Position numbers and translations under genes: made by a program. DNA of 64,000 nucleotides from Octopus sinensis (Eukaryota), in assembly GCF_006345805.1 (NCBI RefSeq), contig NC_043007.1, positions 4,774,001 through 4,838,000 of the forward strand, written 5' to 3'. Positions 25,429 through 39,058 of the stretch are shown in pieces. Below the pieces are notes generated by a model, which did no database searches, was not told where the DNA came from, and saw only the letters and a program-made list of their open reading frames with translations. How positions within the stretch are numbered: the stretch's first letter is position 1; every line of letters starts with the position of its first letter.

Positions 25429-25779
25429 CTGGTTTAAGTAAGATAAAATATGTATATTGCATACGAAGAACCTCATTCCGTGTCTCTCGACCCATTACAT
25501 GATGTATTATCTCTAATAAGCCATTTACTGTCTTGTGTTCTTCAATTGCCTGGTAATTTCAAAGAAAACAATGCCTCACCAGTTACCAGTGCTATTGATT
25601 TATTTTGGCAAGGCACCCAGTGCCAAATTTTGTCAGGAATTACTGCAATAGAGCCACTGGGACAGAGCCTCAGTGTATTACTGCTACGTATCATTTTATC
25701 ATTTCATTTTTGTTGTTGTTGTTAGTTTTTATTGCTGTTGTTGTTGCATATCCCACTGTAAAGGTGATGGTGGTGGGTG

Positions 25780-25979
25780 GCAGTGGTGAGTGGTAGTGGT
25801 TAAAGGTAATAATGATGGCGATGGTGATGGTGAGATGATAATGAGAATGCCGATGTATGTGATGATGAGAGGAGGTGATGAGCATGGTAATTACGATGAT
25901 GGTGATGATAATGATAAAGATGATGATGAAGAAGAGGAGGACAAAAATTTAATGATGACGATGACAATGACGATGATGT

Positions 25980-26010
<31 letters not shown>

Positions 26011-26021
26011 GATGGTGATGG

Positions 26022-26060
<39 letters not shown>

Positions 26061-26135
26061 CAATGATGATGATGATGAAGAAGAAGAAGATGAGGAGGAG
26101 GAGGATGGTGATGATGCTGATGCTGATGATGGCTT
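25780..26135. repeat. (GAT)n low-complexity tract
   Basis: Direct reading. Confidence 0.95.
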
Positions 26136-26856
26136 AATCTATTCTTGATGTCATTGTTGATGCTGTTATAGCCTCGGCTTTCAGCCTTGGTCCAACAGAC
26201 CTGTCATTGAAGGAGCTCCACTTTTGATTGTTCTTTCTTTCTGATTTTAAACACAGGGTATTTAGGACCTAACCCATCTCCTGGTACCTCTAATCCCTTT
26301 AGCAGAGCCCACTCCATTGCGAGCATTTGGGCCTGGTCCCCAGGTTCAGGACATTCTCTTCCTTTCCTTCTTCTTACTATTCTCAGTTACCCTGTGAAGT
26401 TATCATGAATTCTGCATTTCCTCTTGACCTATAACATTTTGTGAAGTCTTTGGCTGTTATTTCTAGCAGACCAAGAGACTACATATTGGTTCCTTCAATA
26501 GCTCAAAGTTGTATGTGGTTTTTCTGATATGGTTGTATCTTGAATGTAATCATTATTCATGTTGTTTAGCCCCAGGTCAACGGTCATAGAACAGACCTAT
26601 GATTGAAGGTTTGTACTTCCCTCGTCTTCTTTTCAGACATTGTGTATCTAGGAATACATTTTCCAATGTATCTTTTTTCCTATAAGTCAGTATGAGTTGA
26701 TTCGAGGGATAGCAGTTGAAACAACAAGCTAGCCTCTACCTATTTGCTAGTCCTGCTAAAAATGCAAACCAAATGGCCAACTCATCACCTGCAATCGAGT
26801 ATAGCTTGGTAATATGTTCCATGCTTCTGTTAATTGCTTTTGATGAGCAGACATAG

Positions 26857-27172
26857 TGTTGTATAGTGAAACTGCACACCCCTCCAAGTAATAAGTGGTG
26901 AGAGTCAGCCATTATAAATCAACCAGGAGTCAGTCATCAAGAGGGAGTCAAGAGTCGAAGAGTTGAGAGTCGACAGTTCTAGGTGGTGTCTTATGGAGCT
27001 ACCAGTAATAGTAAGACAGAAGTCAGTGTATTAGTATTCCAGTACGAAGAGGAGATACAATAGTATCCTATGACTAGTAACTATTGTGGCTACTAGTGTA
27101 AAACAGCAACTACAGTACAACAGCAGTCACATGTCACTCATCACACCAGTGGGAGGAACCTACTTTACAACA
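26857..27172 (+). mobile_element. Solo LTR, about 316 bp
   Basis: TGTTGTATAGT...ACTTTACAACA inverted ends (10/11 match), internal TATAAA followed by GAGTC repeats, flanks CATAG/CACAG (5-bp TSD with one mismatch). Confidence 0.65.
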
Positions 27173-27279
27173 CACAGTCAACTTCTTGTGTCACTCACCC
27201 TTTGATCCAGTTGTCATATTTAGGATGTGACAACTGAGCAGGGAGAGAGAGAAAGAGAGGGAGAGAGAAGGGGAGAGAA

Positions 27280-27310
<31 letters not shown>

Positions 27311-28379
27311 AATGGATACTCCAGCACTTGGGTGGTACTCATTCTCATTTTCAGCTGCAGTGATTGGAGCTATGGGAAGTGAAAGTACATTGTGCTGCTT
27401 GATCCAGGAATTGAACCCATGACATTATGATCATGAACCAAGCATCCTAACCACTAGGCCACGTGCCTCCACAACCTACATCTTGATAAAAAGTGTTTTT
27501 TTTTTTAATGTTTAGCCAAAGAGGGAAGAAACATTCACAACCCTTTGACTATTTTTTCAGACCCCTGGGAATGGTGGAAAAAATGATGGAAGTTACACTC
27601 AAACCAGGGATCTGGTCCCAAATATTTGCAACAGAGTCGAACTCTGCTAAAAATACTCGAGAATAGGAAGTGGTGCTAAAGTGGATGACAGTTTGAGTCA
27701 CCCATCCAAGTAAGCCCTGCAAGGATTTGAACTCAGAATGCATCGGGTCAAAAACAAATACTGCAAGATAACCTGCAAAGGACCCTCTGACAATTCTTCC
27801 AGCATTCTGTCCTGGAATTGTTCTTTATTTTATTAACTCTGAAAGAAAAAAAATGCCTTAGCTGAAGATTTGAACTTTGAGCATAGAAAGTCAGAATAAA
27901 TTCCATTCTGTCTGACACTTTAATGACTTAACTAATTAGCAAACTAATTAGTCACAGATACAAGGAATCTGAATAAAATACAAGATGTTCATTGCTGGAA
28001 TGTCTTTGATCAGATAATGGCTGACTTACTAATGGTGGGGTGGGGTGAATAAACATAGAATCTCTCTCAATGGCTTCATTAATTCCTGAAGGATGGATGT
28101 GACAATGCATAGATGGATATGTCCACAGTGGAGTGTATGAATGGCTGTGTCAATAGGGGAGTGTATGATTTATTGTATCGACAGAGTATTGAACAATTAA
28201 ACAATACTTCAGAAAATTTCCAATCCTGCCTTCAATGAGTAAAATATCTTTTTATGGCTCAGTCTACTTGACTGCATGCAGGTGACATAATTCCCTGCTG
28301 CAAGTAGTAACAGCACTGTGAAACTGAAGTGTGCTGCATTGACTCCTACCTCACCAGACTCATCACAGTATATATATTC

Positions 28380-28580
28380 ATGCCAAGTACAAAGGTATCC
28401 TTAATTTACTTCCAGCCAACAAGGCTCCTGGCTCTGAAAGTGCCCCTTCCATTATTAATGTACTCTAATGTAGAATGCACTCCAGAGCTAGATATTAACC
28501 TTACTGAATTCGTTAATATTTCTCATACTTCCTTTACCATTCTTCTTTACATTTGTCGTGAAATAATGGATGCAATGTAA
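28380..28580 (+). mobile_element. Possible highly decayed CR1-like RT fragment
   Basis: KGILNLLPANKAPGSE resembles the L...KA.GPD motif at the RT start; the rest is broken by stops. Confidence 0.35.
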
Positions 28581-28929
28581 AGTTTTGCAGAGTACAAAGC
28601 ACCTTTTTGGTGTTTGTATTAAGATTAAATTACAACCAGTACACTACATAAAGTGGTTTTCAAATGAACAGAGAAAACAGAGCAGAGAAAATTCTTTGGT
28701 CTTATTGAGGACATGACACCCTCTCCAGTGCTGGTGCCATGATAAAATGCAACAAATACACTCTGTAAAGAGATTTGCACCAGAAAAGGAATCCAGGTAC
28801 AAAAGCAAACCATATATGGATGAGAGATGTACGAATTGGTCCCCTGATATGCCTAGGAGAAGAGTAACTGAAAATAAGAACTAAATTGGATTGTGACAAT
28901 CCATCTAACCCATGCCGGCATCGAAAAGA

Positions 28930-29250
28930 GGTATGTGTACATGTGTGTGTGTGTGTGTTTGTATGTGTGTGAGTGTGTGTGTATGTTTGTATGAGTATGT
29001 GTGTGTGTGAGTGTGTGTGTGTGTATGAGTGTGTGTGTGTGTATTTATCCTCCACCACTGCTTGACAATCTGTGTTAGTTTGTTTACATCCTAGTAACTG
29101 AGCGGTTTGGCAAAAGAGTCTGATAGAATAAGCACTCATCTTAAAAACATATGCATCAGGGTTGATTCCTTCAGCTAAAACTCTCCAAGGTGGTGCTGCA
29201 GCATGGCCTCAGCCCAATGACTGAAGCAAGACAAAAGACAAGCAATAAAC
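28930..29250 (+). mobile_element. Composite SINE 3' half
   Basis: cttgacaa...tttacatcc..gtaactgagcggtttggcaaaagag..gatagaataag...cagcatggc. Confidence 0.7.
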
Positions 29251-29401
29251 GGTCCATTTAATCAGCAGGAATTGACTCTACCGTTCTTCAATTTGGCATT
29301 AACAAACAAGTTCTAGACAAGTAATTGACTTAATTAAGTGAGCCCCAACCTTCCTTAAACAACTGCTTGCTCTTTGCCACTATATACACACACATCCACA
29401 T

Positions 29402-29451
<50 letters not shown>

Positions 29452-30816
29452 GTATATGTATAAAAGTACCATTATTTTTAGTTTTTTTGGTGAAGTTCGT
29501 TAACACAATTTATTAGTAATTTATTCAGATTTTTACATTTTACATTCAGAAAGAAAAATTTGTTTTTCTCTCCGAATGTCTAAATGCAGTTAAAAGAAAT
29601 CTGAGATAAATTTAATGAATGTTTTCACCAGGAATACAGCACAAGCAATTCCAAACAATTCCGAAGACTCTCGCTGTCTTTGGCAATGTGACAATGTTAA
29701 TAGGAAAAATTATTAAGAATTATTATTAATTCTGGCTACAGATCTAATTGAAAAATAATTCCTATTTTGAAGCCAGCCTGGCAGTGTTTACGTAATTATA
29801 ACCAAGCAATCTCCATTGACAGACAACAGGCAATCTCTTGTCAATGGCAGACTTTAAAAGGAAACCAACATGTTTTATGTCTTAAGGATAGATCTAGGTA
29901 AAGGAATGCATGGTCATGTGGTTTAAGAGGTTTGTAAAAATAATGTTGACAACAATGTTAATGATGATGATGATGATGGCAATGATAATAATGGTAGTGG
30001 TTGCAGAGATGGTGGGAGCAGTGGCGGGTGGTAGTAATGCTGGTGGTGGTGGTGGTGGTGGTGTGGTGGTGGTGGTATTAAGATATGTCCTGCTTTAGCT
30101 AAAAACTTTGGTCAGTAAGGGAGTCTCTACATGGTTGCTCAAACTGCTAAAAATAGCAGCCAATACTTACTCAAATCACACCTTACAGACTTTTAACCCT
30201 TTATGGAAGGTCATCATTTTCTCTCTCATCCTTTTCTCTAATTCCCTTTTTGTCCTCTTCACCATTTTATATTTATCTCTCTCACTCTCTCACCCCCTGT
30301 TTCTTCTTTTCTCTCTTTCATTGCTCACATGTGACCATCGTCCATCTTTCTTTTCCTCCTGTGATCATTTTTCTTTTCGTTCAGGATTGTTCTAAGGACT
30401 GGACGTATCCTATCTCTCTCTTCTATCTTTCCCCCAGTGTTTGCTATTTTACCCTCGTTCTGGTCTAACAACCCTCCTTGTTTGTTTTTGTTCGGTTTCC
30501 TTGTTTGTCTCCACTGTCCTGTTTTGTTCTCATCTTTGATTCTCCATAAATCTCAAATTTTATTTTGGTATTTATGGGAGCAACTATCTTTGAAGACTCA
30601 TATTGTCATTGAATGCTCGAAATGAGGAGAAGATAAACAGCAGACAACTGATGAAAGGTCGTTCTTTATGTTACTTGTCCCGTTTTTCATTTATTTCTCT
30701 CGTTGTTTGTGTATTGAACTCATTTGTTTCCATATTACATGTTGTTTACGATTGATGACGCCCTGTACCCATATATGCATGTGTATATACGTGTGTATAT
30801 ATATATATATATATGT

Positions 30817-30930
30817 AGGAGAGTTTACGAAAAAAACAAAAGACGAAGACAGGTGGCGTACAAAACAAACAGATGTATTAGTATAACGCTCAGGAATAGA
30901 AAAAGTCTTTTACGTTTCGAGCCTACACTC
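30817..30930 (-). mobile_element. Family E repeat, 5'-truncated within the hammerhead motif
   Basis: Minus strand reads gagtgtaggctcgaaacgtaaaagac..., retaining an intact GAAACGTA. Confidence 0.75.
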
Positions 30931-30997
30931 AAGAATGAATGAAAGCTTGATATTATGTAAATAGAGGAATTTCTCTCACTCTCTCTCTCTCTCTCTC

Positions 30998-31039
<42 letters not shown>

Positions 31040-31107
31040 TACACATATATATATATGCATATATATATATATGTGTGTGTGTGTATGTATATATAATATA
31101 TATATAT

Positions 31108-31504
31108 ATACAAGTAATAAGGGAGAGACCACATTTTGGTGTTTGGTTCAGCAAATTACATTTTTGATATACTCTACTGAGGATTCGAAAATGATTATGT
31201 AAGTAAAATTACTCCATCTATTAACGATGAAACAATTGTTGAGAGTTAATCTATTTTTTCGTTATTTTTCATTTTGTCCTGCCCGATTACATTCTTGGCG
31301 TGTTGAATTAATGCTTGAGAACAATTCTTTAGTGGTTGATTCCCTTTGCGGATCTATTTCTAGCGTTAGAGTGACCACATGTGGTCTCTCTCTTATTACT
31401 TGTATTAATAATTTTTACTGTATCCCAGTTTTTTTCGCTAGGCCACTTGGTGTTTTAAATTGATGTTATTAATTAATATTCAATTTTTTTCACCCTTATC
31501 GTGA

Positions 31505-31510
<6 letters not shown>
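31108..31510 (+). mobile_element. Short repeat with 26-bp inverted repeats enclosing a degenerate hammerhead (31171-31246)
   Basis: 31108-31133 versus 31380-31405 match 25/26. Motif ACTCT(A)-CTGAGGA...GAA-ACAATTGT-T-GAGAGT. Confidence 0.6.
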
Positions 31511-31535
<25 letters not shown>

Positions 31536-31781
31536 CATACATGCATATATAATATATATATATATATATATATACATATATATACATATATGTGTGTATA
31601 TGAGTGTGTGTGTGTGTCTGTGTGTGTTTCTGTCTGTGCCTGCATATCAGTACGCATGTTCCTCCACTAACAAACCTCAGTTTTTTCTCTTTCTTCTCTT
31701 CACTAAAGGCTTCCCGTTTCTGTCTTCTTCTTCTCTAGGTGGTCCATTTTCTGCGGCGCCTGGACATAAAGCCAAACGATA

Positions 31782-31817
31782 ATGTCTTCTTCATCAGTTC
31801 TTGGAGATGAAACATCA
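31782..31817 (+). CDS. Candidate first coding segment MSSSSVLGDETS (exon 31739-31817) of an unidentified gene
   Basis: Acceptor tctgtcttcttcttctctag with upstream cactaa, in-frame stop before the ATG, donor TCA|GTAATT in phase 0, compatible with 56763. Confidence 0.35.
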
Positions 31818-32634
31818 GTAATTTCAATATTTTATTATTCAAATATCAATTCTGTTTTATGTTTTGTTTGCATACCATACACACACACACACACACATAT
31901 GCACATAGCGAACACAAATACACATTACTGCACACTCATGTTTATATCTTTCCATATCTACATATTTACATATATATGTCCGTACATCCTTTATCGTATT
32001 CCATTTAAGCCAGCTTTTCATCTGACCTTTCCTGACCTTTCCCCTGATCTTTCACTATAAGCCATTCCTCTCTCCACACACACAACACACTCACACACAC
32101 ACACACATGCTCCTCGTTGTCTGACAAATGTCACTACTAAGTGAATTGCTGTCTTTGAATGTTAAGCTGTTAATGATGATATTCCATTGAAGCGATGGAG
32201 AACGTTCTACACACCTATCGCCTCTTCAAAGAACCCAGCTAAGGCTAGCTTTACAATTGCATCATATGTAGACTTGGATCACAGACAAGAAGAATACAAA
32301 AGACAAACAAAAGAAACTGGAGGAAGCGAAGATTTAGAAATTTGTTTTCGAAACTTTATACTTCTGAATTTGCGCTCTGCCTGGATCTATTAAACCATTT
32401 TTGGTTCCATGGGGTGAAAGGAAGCGTCATTGCATCTTTGAAAGTCAGGCATTGCTTATATTGTAATTTAATGCAGGTATTGCAAAGGAGTATGTCACCA
32501 TTGTTGTGGGGTTGCAATGTTGGATGGGTTTTTTGCTGTTGACCATCGTTATGTGGTCAGGCTGGCTGCATGTATAGTAAGTGAACCAATTTGAGAACTT
32601 TGAACTTTTAACATATTTATTGCTGGACATTGCT

Positions 32635-33033
32635 GGCGTCTGTGCTAGTAGGGTATTAAGAGTACCATTCGAGCGTGATCGTTGCCAGAGTGGCTATCTG
32701 GCCTCCGTGCCGGTGGCACGTAAAAGACACCATTTGAGCGTGATCGTTACCAGCATCACCTTACTGGCACCTGTGCCGGTGGCATGTGTAAAAGATTCGA
32801 GCGAGGTCGTTGCCAGTACCGCCTGACTGGCCCCATGCCAGTGGCACATAAAAGCACCCACTACACTCTCAGAGTGGTTGGCGAAAGGAAGGGCATCCAG
32901 CTGTAGAAACCTTGCCAGATCAAGATTGGAGCCTGGTGCAGCCATCTGGTTCACCAGCCCTCAGTCAAAATCGTCCAACCCATGCTAGCATGGAAAGCGG
33001 ACGTTAAACGATGATGATGATGATGATGATGAT
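32635..33033 (+). mobile_element. RTE 3' UTR end with (GAT)n tail
   Basis: Long copy of the family at 47385-47760 and 60720-61010. Confidence 0.85.
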
Positions 33034-35225
33034 TAGCTTCATTGGCTATTTACAAAAGAAAGATGCTGATGACATAACTGCCGACAGGGAAGAGAAGGAA
33101 CCAAGCTGTGTCTAGTAAAAAGCTAACTGGGATGCTGAGGGAGTGAGTGTCCTAATTCATTTCTTCTTCAAGGTAGTCTGTCCAGGGGCCTGAGGTGGTC
33201 TTAGTGGTCTGCCTTCTGTCAGTGCCCAAGATGGTCTGGCTGAGTTAGGCACCAAACAGTTTTTATAGGGTGAAAAGGGGATGAATTTTAGATCAACCAA
33301 GGAGCCATGTCATGCCACAGCTTCATGTTGATTGGTCGATTTATAGACCAATCATGTGAAACTGTTGTGACTCACGTGTGACCCCTAACTGGATATCTTG
33401 TGGTTGGGGTTTGAGCCCCCATGCAGGCAACCAGTTAAGAAAAAAGGTAATTTCAAAAAACTGATATAGTTTAGAGAGTGACAACTTCCACCTTCCATAG
33501 TCTCACGTTTCACCATCATAATGAAGACATGCCAAGGTTCTTGAGAGAAATGGTGAGCTCTCAAACATACAAAATGTCAAGACTGGGTGTTTTAATCTTC
33601 AGAAAAATATAGTAAAGCCATAATGCTGGCAAGAATAAAACATATACGAATACGATGATGGTTATGGCCATGAAAAATCACAAACTTTATCATTATCATC
33701 ATCTTCTTTGTCATCATAAGATGATAGTCATGATAATGATATTCATAATGAAGGCTATGATGATGACTATGATGGTGATTATTGTGGCACACACAAACAC
33801 ACACATGCATATACAACAGGCTTCTTTCAGTTTCCATGTAGGTTATAGTAGATGACACTTGCCCAAAGTGCCAAGCAGTGGGATTGAACCCAGATAAGCA
33901 AACTTCTTGACCCACCCACAGTCATGTCTAAAATATCCTCTGATTATTACCAATGTCACACGTTTAATGTATGAGTTTATATGTTTATTGGCTGCAAGAC
34001 TCATCCAAACTCATCAACTATCAGACATCAGCAATATCTGCCTCATTAGAAAGCTGCTTTGAATTCAAAATTCATTTTTCTTTTAGTTATATTTTTATCC
34101 TTTAGATATGTTTAGAGAGTCAAAACTATCGAAAAGGTTGCAAGACGCAACGAAAATTTTAGGACAATAAGAATAAGAAAAACGTGGAAATTTTACCGGT
34201 GAGTGTGTTATATGATAAGGCACAAAAAGAGAATGACTCTCCCCAGACACAACAGAATGTTTAGATTCCTTTTCCACTTATTCTGAGCTTGAATTTCATC
34301 AATCCAGAGTCAGTAACAAACCGGGTGGATGCCATCAATGTTAACTTCTCCGTTAAAGTAGGTCTGGAGTTCTCTAAAACAAAATCGATGTAGATGTATA
34401 GATTTATGTTGAATGTCAAATGACACCCGACCTTAGTAAAAACCAAAATATTTAAACAAAAAGTGTGTTGTGTATTTAAAGAACATGAAACAAAAATGCA
34501 TTGATATATAATCATAAAAACAGATAAAGTATGGAATATAATTATGACTGTCAGTTTGACTGTGAGCTGCTTTAATATCTTGCCGGGTCAATAAAGTGAG
34601 GTAATAAAAGATGAGAAAATTGGATGATATTAGATAGAAAAGATATAAGATATTCCCATGCATAGGATACAATACCATCAAATAATGTGGAAATCTTCGG
34701 AAATGACATGGTGGCTTCATAATTAGAGTGCTAAACTTTGATTCCATTATTATATATCGTAAGACATGGTTTGCTTAATATCATAGCATAATCTGTATCT
34801 TACAGTTTTCGTATTCGGCGATATTGAATTCTCTTGTCATGAGATATCTAGTGTTACACTCTAAGTTCCATTCAATTTGCTGCAATTTAATTCCACTGTA
34901 TTCTTCTACTAAAACTTCTATTACAGTAGAGAAAAAATGCATTACAGTATTTGTTTTTTTATTTGTACTGTATTCAGTCGTTTTGACATCTGACTTGTCG
35001 TGCATTTGTGCATTTGCGCAGGCAACGTCGAGCTGAAGGAGGCTGTGAGCTAATTGTACAGCACAAACATTTGGTCACCATAAACAATTCATCTGTACAG
35101 GTTGTTTAGCAAGGAGGTGTGTAACTGCCTTTCTCGGCCTCAAGAGATTACCAGTAACAATGATGATAATAATAATAATAATGATAATAATGATAATAAT
35201 AATAATGATAATAATAATCATAATA

Positions 35226-35605
35226 AAGACCTACTCATTGAAATTGAGAAAATGTGGCATCTCAAGGCGGTTACAATACCAGTGATCGTAGGAGCACTAG
35301 GAATGATCAAGAAGGGAACCGAAAATTATATGAGAATGATCCCTGGCTTACCATCCCTGCAAGAAGTGCAAAAGATTGTCTTAACTGGTACCTCACACGT
35401 ATTGAGAAGAGCATTGTCGATGTGAGAACTGTTGCTGCTCATGTATTTTAATTTAACTTGAAAAAAAAAAAATAAAAATAAAGGAACGAACTACTGAGTT
35501 TGGTTTAATGGCCTACCAATATACACTATGAGTTTCTTTGCCCTAGGAGTCGGGAAGACATTCGGCAAGAAATGGAAGAAAATTTGAAAGAGGAAAAAAA
35601 AAAGT
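35226..35605 (+). mobile_element. R4/Dong-type (RLE) non-LTR retrotransposon 3' end
   Basis: KDLLIEIEKMWHLKAVTIPVIVGALGMIKKG...LQEVQKIVLTGTSHVLRRALSM*; (AAT)n on both sides. Confidence 0.85.
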
Positions 35606-35757
35606 AATAATAATCATAATAATAATGATCATGATTATAATAATAATAATAAGAGGAAGAATAACAATAATAATAATGATCATGATAAACTAGTAATAAT
35701 AATAATAATGATAATGATGATGATGATGATGATAATAATAATAATAATAATGATGAA

Positions 35758-35925
35758 TTAATCTGTTGTTGAGTAAATCTGTTGAGTTAATTTGTTGTTG
35801 AGTTAATAATTTGAGTTAATCTGTTGAGTTAATTTGTTGCTAAGTAAATCTGTTAATCTGTTGTTGAGTTAATCTCTTGAGTTAATCTGTTGTTGAGTTA
35901 ATTTGTTGTTGAGTTAATCTGTTTT
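35758..35925. repeat. Degenerate 13-16 bp tandem repeat (TTAATCTGTTGTTGAG)
   Basis: Direct reading. Confidence 0.85.
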
Positions 35926-36369
35926 GGCTCAACTCAATCTGTCCAAGAGTTTGTGTCCATATGTTGAAGTTTGTTACACCTGCAGGCATCTTGAGTGCTT
36001 CTACAGAAAACCCATTGATGCACTGAATACTAAAATCACAGAACAAAAGAGGGAGGCATCAATGGTAAGTTCCTTCATTCACCAGTTTTGGTGAACATAA
36101 TGGCATAATACCTGATAGTGGTGCTTCGTCTCCAGTGTAGGAATGGCCGGCTGGTAGGTTCCTTCATAATCTCCAAGTCTTAGGTTTCGTCCCACAATCC
36201 AGTTTGGGGATTTCATCAACAACAATCCTTCTTCCAACATGACCGTCACAAACAACTGGACACAACTTCACAGAAGATTGCAACGAAGAGACACGGGTTG
36301 TGGGAGGGTGGCATTTGTTTATGTCCAGTGTGCAAGCTCGAAAAAAGGGGACACGGCAGGCATGGACAT

Positions 36370-36415
<46 letters not shown>

Positions 36416-36487
36416 CATATGTGAAGACATGCACACATGTGCAGACACGCACATATGTGCAGACACACACACAGGTGCAGAGACACA

Positions 36488-36528
<41 letters not shown>

Positions 36529-36530
36529 GC

Positions 36531-36915
36531 ATAGATGTGGCTGTGTGGTAAGAGATTTACTTCCAGGTTCAGTCCCATTGCATGGCACCTTGAGCAAGTG
36601 TCATTTACTATTGCCCTAGGCTGACCAAAGCCTTGTGAGTAGATTTGATCGACGGAAACTGAAAGAAGCCCATTGTATGTATGTGTATATATATATATCC
36701 ATGTGTGTGTGTCTTTGTTTTTGTGTTTGTCCCCCACCATTGCTTGACAACCGGTGCCGGTTTGTTTACATCCCCATCACTTAGTGATTCAGCATAAGAA
36801 ACTGACAAAGTTCCAGGCTTAAAAAGAAAAATAAGTTCTGGGTTCAATACAATCAAATACTTCAAGGTGTGCCCCAGCATGGCCACAATCTGAGGAATGA
36901 ACCAAAGAACAAGAT
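36531..36915 (+). mobile_element. Composite tRNA-headed SINE
   Basis: Homologous to 5747-6192. Confidence 0.85.
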
Positions 36916-37069
36916 AGACAATAAAATATACATTCATATATGTATATATACATTTATACACAAACACACACACACACACACACATATATATACATACAGG
37001 CATAGATAGATACAAACATAGATATACACATATACATGCATACATGTATAAATACATAAACACACATTT

Positions 37070-37884
37070 ACATTAATGTATGTATGCATGTATGCATACA
37101 TGAATGAATGCATACATACATAAGCATACATACATACATACATGCATGCATGTATGCATACATGAATGAATGCATACATACGTACATACATACATATGAG
37201 GGGGAGAGAGGAGAGGGGAGGAGAGTTAATCCCGTGTGGCGCAAAGAGAGAAGATTAATCCCTGTTCACTGCAAAAACAGGAGTCTGGATGGCCCCTGTA
37301 CAAGGAGAATCTGAACACATATATATATACATACATACATACATCCATGCATGCATACATACGTACATACATGCATACATACATGAATACATACATACAT
37401 ACAAACATACATACATACATACATGAATACATACATACATACAAACATACATACATACATACATATATGTATATATACATACATACATGCATACATACAT
37501 ACATGCATGTATACATACATACATACATATATATACATACATACATACATGCATGTATACATACATACATACATACACACACATACATACATACATACAT
37601 GCATGCATGCATACATACATACATACATGCATACATACATACATACATGCATGTATACATACATACATACATACATACATACATACATACATACATACAT
37701 GCATGCATGCATACATGCATGCATACATACATACACACATACATACATACATGCATACATACACACATACATACATACATACATACATACACACACACAC
37801 ATACATACACACATACATACAATACATACACACATACATACATACAATACATACATACATACATACATACATACATACAATACA

Positions 37885-37918
<34 letters not shown>

Positions 37919-39058
37919 CATACATACATACAATACATACATACAATACATAAACACATACATACATACAATACATACATACATACATACATACATACAA
38001 TACATACATACATACATACATACATACATACAATACATACATACATACATACATACATACATACATACATACATACAATACATACATACATACACACATA
38101 CATGCATACATACACACATACATACATACATACATACATACATACATACTACATACTACATTCATACATACATACATACATACATACATACATACAAACA
38201 TACATACATACATACATACATACATTACAACATACATAACACATACATACGTACATATATACATACATACATACATACGTACATACACACATACATACAT
38301 ACATACATACATACATACATACATACATACATACACACATACATACATACATACACACATACATACATACATACATACATACATACGACATACATACAAC
38401 ACATACATACATCACATACATACATACATACACACATGACATACATACATACATACATACATACACACATACATAATACATACATACATACAATACATAC
38501 ATACAATACATACCACACATACATACATTACAACATACATACATACATACATACATACATTTATACATACATACATACATACATACTACATACATACATA
38601 TACATTCATACATAATACGTACATACATACTACATACATACGTCATACATACTACATACATACCACATACATACATACATACATACATACATCATACATA
38701 CATACATTCATACATACATACATACATACATTCATACATACGTACGTACATACATACCTACATACGTACATAATACATACATACATACACACATACATAC
38801 ATACATACATACATACATACATTCATACATACATACGTACATACATACATACATACGTACATACGTACATACATACATACATACATACATACGTACATAC
38901 ATACATACATACATACACACATACATACATACATACATACATTCATACATACATACATACATACATACATTCATACATACATACGTACATACATACATAC
39001 ATACGTACATACGTACATACATACATACATACATACATACATACATACATACATACAT
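37070..39058. repeat. (TACA)n array of about 2 kb with a unique island at about 37198-37318
   Basis: Direct reading; source of the 250-459 aa YIHT/MYVC ORFs. Confidence 0.97.

Noticed and set aside
30585-30680. Further hammerhead candidates (ttgaaga...gctcgaaa; ctgatgaaagg)
   Set aside because: Stem II and helix III cannot be paired convincingly, or no GAAA follows.
32170-32393. 68-aa ORF in unique sequence
   Set aside because: Weak acceptor, no donor before the stop, no recognisable motif.
37226-38688. ORFs of 250-459 aa (YIHT/MYVC repeats)
   Set aside because: Translations of the (TACA)n array, which lacks stops in several frames.
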